Under the pieces are notes generated by a model. It was not told where the DNA came from. It was given only the letters and a program-made list of their open reading frames with translations, and did no database searches. A stretch of DNA of 52,909 bases, counting the filler, from Catajapyx aquilonaris (lineage: Eukaryota), in the NCBI GenBank assembly GCA_000934665.2. It is 3 parts of 3 records of this genome, joined end to end, with 100 filler letters (N's around TTAATTAATTAA, not from the genome) between each part and the next. Parts side by side here need not be neighbours in the genome. Positions count along the whole stretch, not along the records: positions 1 to 17,575 come from JYFJ02006915.1; 2 more parts are not named here. One strand, given 5' to 3'. This document shows, one piece after another, positions 1-9,900 of the stretch (its first letter is position 1; each line of letters opens with the position of its first letter). A program made the position numbers and the translations under genes.

Positions 1-630
1 CATTTGCAGTATTGCACTACACTGGTACTGCTATAAGTTAGAAGTAACTAGTAGTACGACAAAAATTCCACCCTAACTTACTAACAGAACAGAGGTGATG
101 GGCACAGCTAATAAGCTAACTAAAAATTCGCCTTAATTGCTAAATAGCTAAAGCTAAGGATTTAATCGGGCGCGTTTACGTTAACCTCTTGTACGACCAT
201 ATAATTATTACGTTGCCGCAAAGCTCGTCTGCTACATATACGCAAATGTGCAATTAATACCCAATACATTAAAGTGCATAATTTCTGCAGTGGACTTTTG
301 ATCTCAGACCCATCACTAGCCATTATTGTCACCCAACTTCTGCAGTATATTGTAAAATATGCGCCTGTAAATGAGCTGACTATTGGACCAAATAGCAAGT
401 GCTGACCAGCATCTATTGTACCGAATAAGCTATAATTAACTCAGGGGGCTGGTTGAGGTAAGATTTTGGGTGACGAGCAACAGTGACCATTATTTTTGTA
501 CTTCATGGCGGGGTGGTACGAGACGCATTCTTTTCCTACAAAAATTGTAGAAGGTGTACTGTACATCAGAATACTAATGTATCCTACTAGCTACAGGGCG
601 TCACAAGCCTTACTCTAGGGTCACAAGCAG

Positions 631-1037
631 GTCACAAGTTCAAGTGACGATTAACAGTTACAAATAGCAGTTATTTGCGCCATTCATGTAGCAGCTACAT
701 CAGCTTCATCGAAAATATTAGCTGCCAATAGCAGCATACATGTAATCAAGCTTGTAATGAATCATGTCGGGTTGACCTGGAAAAAATACAGTGCTCTGTT
801 TTACCCCGCGTGTGGCGCGGGAGTGGCAGCCTTCTTTGCGGACTGCCGGATTGGCATTGGTGCCGCATGTGGCATGTGGCACGTGGTTCCAGCAGATTCA
901 TTACATGTATGCTGCTATTGGCAGCTAATATTTTCGATGACACCGAAGAGGTAATAGTTCAGACGTAGCTGCTACATGAATGGCACAAAATCACAGCTAT
1001 TTATAACCGTTAAATCGTCACTTGAACTTGGGATGAC
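631..1037. mobile_element. Palindromic MITE / foldback element
   Basis: Arms of about 130-150 bp (caagttcaagtgacga...gctgccaatagcagcatacatgtaat and its reverse complement) flank a short spacer. Confidence 0.7.
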
Positions 1038-1149
1038 TCCCTGCTGTATATGTAGCCCACCGTAGCCCACCCAATAAAATCACTGTCTTTGCATGACTGA
1101 TGTCAATTTATCACTGGCCCTGAAATGCTTGCTGAAATGGCCCGCTTGT

Positions 1150-1546
1150 CTACAGAGGAAGAACGATGAGGTCGGCCGCGATCATTTCGAGCAGGTTCAA
1201 CACGCAGTCTTTCTGCAGGCGGTATCGTTGCCGGAGGGACGCGTCGCGTCGTCGTACACCTCCATCGGGTTCTCCCGCCGGTCCCTCAGACACACGCGTC
1301 GGAGGTCTAGCCGCTTCAGAACGGCATGAATTTCGACCCCTTCCGCCATTTGCAATCAACCTCAACCCCGAGTTCAGAACTGAACCCTGGTCCAGGAGCC
1401 AGGACCGGAGTCAACTCCCCGCCCGACTCATCCCCGGATCGCGGGGTTTCAAGGCCATTATGAATACGAACCCGGGATCAACTCCGCCTCAACCCCGGGT
1501 TCAACCCCGACCCCTCGTTCGAATTCCATTATGAAGAATACGGGCC
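1150..1546 (-). mobile_element. Truncated PIF/Harbinger transposon left end with a frameshifted transposase N-terminus
   Basis: The terminus GGCCCGTATTC is flanked by TTA/TAA. Minus-strand frames give RVCLRDRRENPMEVYDDA and LRQRYRLQKDCVLNLLEMIAADL, resembling the HARBI1/Harbinger N-terminus (R..RDR.NP...YDD..F..RYRL.K..V..L...I..DL). Confidence 0.7.
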
Positions 1547-3520
1547 TAATTATTAATAGAGAATGTTTAATTTTTTTTATAGAGAGTTACATCGTTGCTA
1601 AGAAAAGAACTTCATTATTATAGAGAATACCGATATAAGATTTTTTTCTGGCGTTGTACGAAGGAATTCGCTATAACATGACAGGAAAAGGATCGTCCGT
1701 CACGCCGAGCTGGTGTCATGTTCAAACTGTGAAACCTTTATCTGTAAGGGTTTTTGAGTTATGCTTCGTCAAAAAAGCGGGACATTTCATTGTTGTTTTC
1801 GGTCGTTTGGTCTTACTATAGGGACTATCGTCCCTACAATTATTGAACGGCCAAAAGGTTTTTTTTTGGGTCATATTGCGGTTGCAGTTATGGTTGAACG
1901 AGACGAATATTTGTCGCGTACGTGTTAGGTTAGGCGTTAGGTCATATTCGCCTCGATTAGCCAAACTGCAACACGGAAATGTGACAAAAAAGCCCTGTAA
2001 CTATAGTTGCAGCAATTCATTTTGATGATTACGGTATTTGAAAATGTGCTAATATTGCTATAGTTGAATTTTTCAGGTGCAGTTGGTTCTAGTGGACGTA
2101 TATCGTTGGCCCTACGTAACGTATCCATTTATTTGTACCTCATTTTGCCGACTTGAGTGTATAATTTCTCCTTTTTTTTGCAGAATGTCTTCAGTGCAGA
2201 AATCATTCCGGATATAAGAGCTAAAAAATGTGCCGGAATCCATAAATCTGACCTCCAACAAGGACAACGCTCTCGGCGAGATGACTAGCATGGTAAGTGA
2301 TAATCTCGTGTATGATTTATTTCTACTAATGTCGATTCACTTTCAGAAACTGCAATAAATGATGAAATTAGAGGTCGGTGGTGCAGCAAGTGAAAGCTCC
2401 GTATCCCGTTTGATAGTATCTGGCTACAACTCTCAACAAATGCAGCACATGGGAACAAGGCAGCATGCTTCATAAGGGGTATACATGTAAATAACGAGCA
2501 ATTAATTTATGCATGGTCACTCATACACCTTTGCATTTTCAGATGGCAGGGGCTGCTAGACCTACGCCATTTCCACCATACGTTGGATAATGTACCAGAA
2601 TAATTACAATTCTGCAGTGCCTCTTCGTAAGATAACTACTGTGGAGGGAAGGGTTGGGCCCATTGAACAAATGTTTCTGATTTGGAAGGAAGGGGGAGGA
2701 AGTTGAGCGCTCGACTTTCACTGCCTTCCTTTGCTTATCAGTCACATTTGCTGCTTTGTAATAATTGGGAATAATTACTCATGTAAAGGCACTTGCAGCA
2801 GTCACCTGTGTTATTAACATCTGTCAATAAATTGACTTGAAAATATTTGATTTTTGTTAATCAGAATCAGCGGCATTGCTCGTCAGTCCTGTGATGTAAA
2901 AAAACCTGCAATAAATACGAATATTGGCATATCTGTTTTCTGCAATGAAACCCTCTCCTTCACATGTGGCATATCATGCGGGGTGTTACAACCCACTCTT
3001 AGTCTCCTGCATTACTTGGTCGTAATGCAAACTGAATTCCACAGGCTACATCAAATAACTAGTAGCGCACTTAAAAAGTTGGGTCAGAAAAAAGCTGGAC
3101 ATAATTATGATCCACCAGTGCGTTTAATTCCAATCCTGTTTATTTCCCGCCCGCACTGAAATAAACGCATGCGCATTGTCTAAAAATCTTCTACATGTAA
3201 GCCGCCATATTGGAGCTCTGTCCTGTTCCGCCATCTGATTGGTCACTGAGAGGTCGGCACAACTATCAAGGTACGCTAAACGCATCTCAACTGTTATTTT
3301 GTCTGTCACCCTGATTAGTGTGTTTACTTATTCCAGCTGTACTGGGAGTAGCCAATCACATTTCGTGTTTCCACTGAGCGCATGCGTAGTTAGTAGCATG
3401 CTGGCGCATGTAAACATTTTTATCTCCCCTAGTGCCACTAGCGGCGTTGGAGTGAAGCTCGTGAGAAGTGAAGGAGAGAAAAAAGGAGAGGAAAAAAATT
3501 CGGGTTTGGAACACGGCTGG

Positions 3521-3878
3521 AAAAAATAGGCAGTAAAACTGCAGAAAACTATTCTTCCTCTGGGTGAGATTAAAAGTAAGAAACAAGTCCGTAGGTGGGG
3601 GTTGGTTCGTGTCATGGGGATGTGTGATAATCATATTTACTTCAAAACATTGGTGCTTTGGTGCTGCGAAGAATTAGGCAGATATCGCTTTTATGTACTC
3701 CTCCGACTCTCATCCTCTGCCTAATTCTTCCCAGACCCAAAGCACCAATGTTTTGAAGTAAATATGATTATCACACATCCCCATGACACGAACCAACCCC
3801 CACCTATGGACTTGTTTCTTACTTTTAATCTCACCCAGAGGAAGAATAGTTTTCTGCAGTTTTACTGCCTATTTTTTT
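3521..3878. repeat. Near-perfect long inverted repeat (about 160-bp arms, about 35-bp spacer)
   Basis: ORFs 3356-3634(-) and 3764-4045(+) start with an almost identical 38-aa translation because the arms are reverse complements. Confidence 0.85.
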
Positions 3879-5439
3879 GGCGGGTCATATTATACGGTGT
3901 AAAGGACATCTTCGCCACTTCCCAGCTCAGGATTAGGTTAGCTGATATTGAACGTCGCGAATTCTCGATTCGGGTTTATTGTTGCGTAATGTGTAAATCA
4001 AAACTCCTCTCGCGCATAGTTGGACCAATGTTGGAGGGCTTGTAACGACTTGCTCTTTCCTTTAGTTTCAGCAAATCAGCCGCACGTTTTTCCTTCACGA
4101 ACTGCATTCTGTCCATATAATAGTGCCTGATTGGTTCTGTTGTTTTGAACAACAATGCTAAAGCCTTCTTTCGCTCCCTCTCTGGCAATCTCTCTTCGCT
4201 CAATAGTTTATCAATGTGTTTAAGATCCTCATCTACTGCCCTTTGTCTGAAGGTATTCAACATAATTATCTTCATAGAAGTTGTTGTTGGCCAAAGTTCT
4301 GGCACTTTTGTCTCCACGTCCTTCCAAGGATTTGTAATGAATCTTATGCTTGGGACGGCGATCACGTCTGCACCTAGGAGTTTGTGCCCTGGGCAAAGGT
4401 CGTACCCAGGTTCCAAGGGATTCCTCACCTTGTATGATTGTGTTTCACTTCGTGAAGCATCACCTCAATCTCGCCGAGGACATACTCTACTGGTGCTTGA
4501 AACACTTGTTCACACACCCCATGTTATATTTAGAACTTCACATTCCGCTGAATTATATGATTCATTGTAACATAAATTACATTAATATTTATTGTTAATT
4601 ATTATTATTAATGCGAACGTTATTGAGTACTAATAACTTACATCTTTCTAACTCTTCGCTGTTTTTTGGGGAATTGGGACTTTCGGTTGATGAGTGCGAT
4701 GCCACGGCATGCAATGACCATGTACAATCATATTGGATTCGGTCTTCAGCTGTAATGACATTGAAATGAACCAATTAAAATGAAGCATTAACACTAATTT
4801 ATTCGCAATAATCGAACAACATGTGCACTGCAAGATGGCCGCTGAATTTGTTTACATCGCCATCTCGTGAATAATTCGTTTCCATGGGCAAAGTAACACC
4901 CTTTGAACTTCAATATTATTATGTACTGTATGCATCGACCTGTGGTTTTTGTATAGTGCACTTCTTTGCCCTCAGGACGTGTTCTTATTATCATGTGAAT
5001 ATCCCGGAACTCTGCATCCAGCTCGTGAAATATACTTCTTGGAAAGATCTTCTTGACACTCTTGTATTTTGAGGGCGTTGTTGAATATGTCTCATCATCT
5101 GCATTGAAACACAGGGTCCATCAGTAGTTGTTATTATAAATGAGTCGATGAGAGTGAAAGGTGTTCAAGTTCAATTTTTCCCAAATCGAGATAACTTAGT
5201 GATTATGCCATGATTATACATGTAGTAAAATAATGTTCTGTTCATGGATGAGGATCAGTGAAAAATATTATAGGGCCTACTGTTCGTACAGGTATGGAGT
5301 ATGCCCTAATTTGCATGGGATCCCAAGGAAACATCCCCTTCAAGACACCACGTGAAGAAAAGAGCGCAAATCTGGCAATTTCAATACTTTCATTACCACT
5401 TTTTTCATTCTTATCAACTAAAATATACAGACGCCTTTA

Positions 5440-6335
5440 ATAAATTGACCTTTACCCCCTAAAAGAGGGGTCACAGGGTCAATATGACCAGGTCATTTTA
5501 TGTAGGTTTTTCATCCATTTTGGTGGGCTACCTATGCAACAAAGAAGAAAATCGGTTGGAAACTACGGTTTTTAATAAATCGACCTTTGCCCCCTGAAAG
5601 AGGGGTCATGGGGTCATTATAAACAGGTCACTTTATGCACGTTTTTCATAGATTGGGGTAGGTCACCTGTGCAACAAAGGACAAGGCACAAAATGTATGG
5701 GCGAGTGACCTTCCGTTCGATTTGCCTGAAAATTGGATATGTTGTAGCCCAGACCGTCCTGGTCAATGTTAGGTAGGGACATTTTGAGGTAGGACCTACA
5801 GGGAGGGTGCTATTGACCTCCGAAGGTCATATGGGATATGATCTGGTTTTCCGTTCGATTTGGCTGAAAATTGGATATGTTGCAGCCCAGACCATCCTGA
5901 TCAATATTGGATAGGGACATTTCGAGGTAGGACCAACAGGGAGCATGCTAATCGCTATTCATCGAGGAGGCTACTCAATACCATAGAAGACTGCTGTGAG
6001 AGAAACCTTCATTACATTGGCCCAATGAATGTTGAAGTGCAGCTGGTGGCGAAAGAAGGCTGGAGGAATAGGTACGGTAATAAAGATTAATAGATAATTT
6101 AATGCAATAACCATTGAGTTCCTGGAGAAAAGATTATTGTAGTCTACTACTCCCCCTATTACCTTCGGAGGTCATTAGCATGCTCCCTGTAGTTCCTACC
6201 TGGAAATGTCCCTACCCAACATTGATCTGGACGGTCTGGGCCACAACACATCCAATTTTCAGGCAAATCGAACGGAAGGCCACTCGCCCATACATTTTGT
6301 GCCTTGTCCTTGGAAGAAAATCGGTTGGAAACTAC
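5440..6335. mobile_element. Element built from ~135-bp tandem units, interrupted by a palindromic insertion (about 5680-6310)
   Basis: Two units of gaccttt..cccct..aaagaggggtca...gcaacaaag..gaaaatcggttggaaactac. The insertion has inverted arms beginning gacaaggcacaaaatgtatgggcgagtg and ending cactcgcccatacattttgtgccttgtc. Confidence 0.7.
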
Positions 6336-6369
6336 TGTACAGTCATGATGTTACCTAGACGTTACCCTT

Positions 6370-6493
6370 ACTACCACATGGCCGTAAGCATTAACTACGC
6401 ATCGGCACCCAAAACTATTTGGACATCCCTATATTAGTTTTACGAGTACTATTAGTTTACCTGGCGATTGTCCGCAAGTTTCCCTTCATCCTG
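6370..6493. mobile_element. Partial Tc1/mariner MITE (same family as 10934-11388)
   Basis: Shares ...gagtactattagtttacctggcgattgtcc...catcctg|TA with the right end of that family. Confidence 0.6.
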
Positions 6494-6701
6494 TATAATA
6501 GGCACCTGGATTGGAGTGCTGCAAACTACAAAAAGATAACAGCTTCAAGCACATATACTTGGAATATCCTGTATAAAGCCTGTCATGATGATCAAGTGAT
6601 CCTGTGGTTTGCGCAGGGTCACCCTAAAAGTCTGTTGGTATCTTTCTGAAACATCCTGTTTGGAGGGTACATACATTTTAATAATGTTGCCAGGATAAAA
6701 T

Positions 6702-6707
6702 TTTATT
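6702..6707 (-). promoter_or_regulatory. Polyadenylation signal for SELENOS
   Basis: AATAAA on the minus strand about 50 nt downstream of the SECIS. Confidence 0.55.
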
Positions 6708-6753
6708 GTCTTTACAAACCCATTTCAAGATAAATTCACATGAACAAATTTTG

Positions 6754-6816
6754 AGCACATTTTCCACCATCTGCCCTGGCTGTCACACCATTTATGCAGT
6801 TGGCTTCATCCTTGCT
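6754..6816 (-). promoter_or_regulatory. SECIS element (type II candidate) in the SELENOS 3' UTR
   Basis: Minus strand reads AGCAagg-ATGAA-GCCAACTGCAT-AAA-TGGTGTGACAGCCA-GGGCAGATGGT-GGAA-aatgTGCT. It shows an AUGA/GA kink-turn core, an 11-nt helix II arm (GCCAACTGC/GCAGATGGT), an unpaired AAA, an apical mini-stem and a helix I (AGCA/TGCT). It lies about 110 nt after the stop. Confidence 0.8.
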
Positions 6817-6854
6817 ATTTAAAACTCATAGCTGTGCTTTAGTGAAAGCAGGTT

Positions 6855-6923
6855 GGTGCATCTGACAAATTGACACAAAATTTACATTTTGCAGTCAATT
6901 ATTTTCATTTCTACAGATGCACC
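6855..6923 (-). promoter_or_regulatory. Stem-loop immediately 3' of the SELENOS stop codon
   Basis: Nested complementary pairs GGTGCATCTG/CAGATGCACC, AATTGAC/GTCAATT and GCAAAAT/ATTTTGT around a GTAA loop. It starts 4 nt after the TAA. Confidence 0.6.
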
Positions 6924-6927
6924 TTCA

Positions 6928-9900
6928 TTAGCCTCATCCTCCACTAGAAGGTCCTCTTCGGCATGGCCTGAAGGAAGATCCACTTGGCCCACCCCCCATG
7001 AGAGGGTTATAGTCTGGCCTCATTGTGGACTTCCTCTCTTTTCGGGCACTACCAAGCCCCCCAGATGTGGATGATTCTTGCGAAGAGGCAGCCTTAGTTT
7101 TGGAATGATAACCTTGGCCAAGCTGATGCTTTTCCCATTCTTTGATGCGCTCTTGTCTCTTTTCCTCTTCTCTCTAAGGCAAATTGAGAAAATATCTGGT
7201 CAAAACATTATTTCACTAATACACTTCTAAAATCATCGAAATTGTTTAAGTCAGTGGTTCCCACCCTGTGGGTCGCAGGGCGGCCAGGGTTATTTTTACT
7301 TAAAATAAATTTCATAGTAAATTTCACCATGAAACTTTTTCAACTCTTATTCATATGTCTACACTACATTAATCTTCTACTTATACTGGGGGGAGGGGGG
7401 GTGGAGAAGAGAGAGGGGTGTCACAGGTTACTGGACTATCACAAAAGGTGGTTGCGGTCCAGATAAGGTTGGGAACCACTGGTTTCAGGCCTGTACCACC
7501 ACGATTACCCCATTCCACACTTTCAATGGATGCAATCAATAACAAACGCTGATAATGTAAAATTAATGCAAAATTGACTCCAGGACATGTCATCCCAGCC
7601 ACAAATAATGTGTAAGAAATTGGTTAGTGAGACTAGAAATTTAAAAACATGCACACACAACTTTCAAATGTCTCAAATCCATTTCGGTGAAATGAATATC
7701 AGAATATTTGGGGCCGCCCATGGTGGTGTAGTGGGTATCACCACAGCCTTTCACCTCTGCAGTCTCAAGTATAAAGGTGCATTCACATATCGGCAACTGC
7801 GACTCCGTGCCCGAGCGACGTCGCAGCCATGGTGTCGCCCAGCTGCTGGAGGCCCAGTACCAGAGCTCTTTGGGGCACTACATTGTGACAGAATCCACTG
7901 GACGGGATCTCCGTCGCTGGGGGCACCACGGCGTGGATCGACGGGGCACAGAATCGGTCGCTGGGCACGGAATCGTGGATATGTGAATGCACCTTCATCC
8001 CTGTGTGGGACAGAGGACCCTCTCATATGAAAAGTGATTCATCGAGTTCTCTGCATGTTCACATATGGCTTTTCTTGGGGTCCTCCTGTTTCCTACAACA
8101 ATCAAAATGCAAAATCCATCAGCAGTGCAGTAATTCAAAATGTCAGATATTAAAGCTAATAAGACAGAATTTGTCAGATATACAGTGAGTCCCCAGCCAT
8201 GCAGATGTTTGTTATCCACAGTTGCAGTTATCTGGGGTTTGAAAATATTATTTATTTAATTTATTTATTTACTTCATCCCATGACAAGACGTCTGCCCTT
8301 ATAGGGGAGTGGCATACCACCCTGGTATCTTTCTGGTATCTTTCGATTTTTTCTTCAATCACCGGTGCGAGGAAACAGGAGATAGGGTAAGGATGGCGAT
8401 TTTTTGGGGAGGGAACATGGGTTCAGGTGCAATGTCTGTAAAGGGGTCATGTGCTGTTCCACGGGAGGTTAGGTTGCCAGACACCTGATGCAGGTCAGAG
8501 ACCCTACTGACGCAGGTGAAAGGGAAATCCCAGGTGGGGAATGACCCTGGGGCCTTTCACTCAGCAAGCCGAGACGTTACCATCTCGGCCACCGCACCTC
8601 CGTGAGGGGTTTGAAAATAATAATGGATACCCCGTGATAGGCCTCCTTTGGCCTCTTAGGGGATCATCTTTCCGTGAACCATCTTTAATCGTTGCCTGCG
8701 CTGTGATGGATTTTGATTGCGGGAGGAAACGGGAGAACCCTGAGAAAACCCACACGAACGCGGAGAGAACCCCCTGAAACTCTATCCACGTAAGTATCCT
8801 CCGTCCAACCCAGGAATCGAACTCGGGACCTTAGAGGTGGAAGGCTGTGGTGCTAACCACTCCGCCACCGTGTCGCCCTAGGGTTTGAAAATATTAAATA
8901 GATATTAAATATACAGGGTGTTTCTTACGAGTAGGTCAAGCCACAACTGGCATATTCCTTGGCCCAAACCAAGCCCAAAATGTAGGGGGGAGAAATGTTG
9001 AGGGAGCAACTGGTAACGAGGTAGACGACCCGAAACATTGGCCTACCCTTAAACACAGGTGCCAACACACATGACGCCTCTTTGTAGGAAGATCTCCTGG
9101 CATAATATGGACTGCGGCCTTACAGGGGTTGCATAGGGAGGAGGACATGAGTGTGATAATCATGACTGTTGGGATTTTGCGAGATCCCCCCCTTCTCAGA
9201 AGCGAATATCATGTTCATATCCTGCTCCCTAAGCAACCCCTGTAAGGCGCGTGGGTCCATCTGCCAGGAGAGCTGCCTACAAAGAGGCGTCATGTGTGTT
9301 GCCGCCTGTGTCTAAGGGTAGGCCAATGTTTCGGGTCGTCTACCTCGTTACCAGTTGTTACCTCAACATTTCTCCCCCTTACATTTTGGGCTTGGTTTGG
9401 GCAAAGGAATATGCCACTTGCAGCTTGACCTACTAGTAAGAAATACCCTGTATAAACATTAAATTTTTAAAATCCAACATGCATTTTCATTACAGTACAG
9501 TACTCTGTGATGAGCACATGCTTGATTTCTGTGTGCTTAGATTCCATATGCGTCAAGATTTTAAATGCATCTCATATCCCCTATTCCACAGAAGTGCTCC
9601 TATCGTAGGGGAGTATGCATTTTTTAAAAGCCTATATTCAAATGAAAACGAGCCATGGCCATATACCTAATTTCCAGATGGGTTTCTCGCTACATCTACA
9701 CAAAACAAAGGTGCCACCGATGTAGTGTTATGACGCACTGACAGATTTGATTCGGTCACGTGACAGAGTGGCAGTGTGCCTTTGTTCAGGACCCCTGCCC
9801 TAAAAAAGACTGTCCAGTCAGATATGGATGCAATGAAAGTTGATCATCGAGCGGTAATCCATTTTTGAACCGCGGAAGGTGTTGGGAGTGCAGAAATCCA

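Noticed and set aside
1093..1534. GC-rich plus-strand ORFs as host exons
   Set aside because: They are better explained as the antisense of the Harbinger transposase remnant and its subterminal repeats.
3328..4045. Duplicated MIITHPHDTNQPPP ORFs as a gene pair
   Set aside because: They are a by-product of the DNA palindrome.
4430..4560. In-frame TGA codons upstream of the 150-aa ORF as Sec or Trp recoding
   Set aside because: No recognisable selenoprotein motif or SECIS was seen downstream, and decay is the simpler explanation.
8815..8878. Second tRNA gene
   Set aside because: It is the tRNA-like head of a SINE. It has no proper acceptor stem and continues into a SINE core, tail and TSD.
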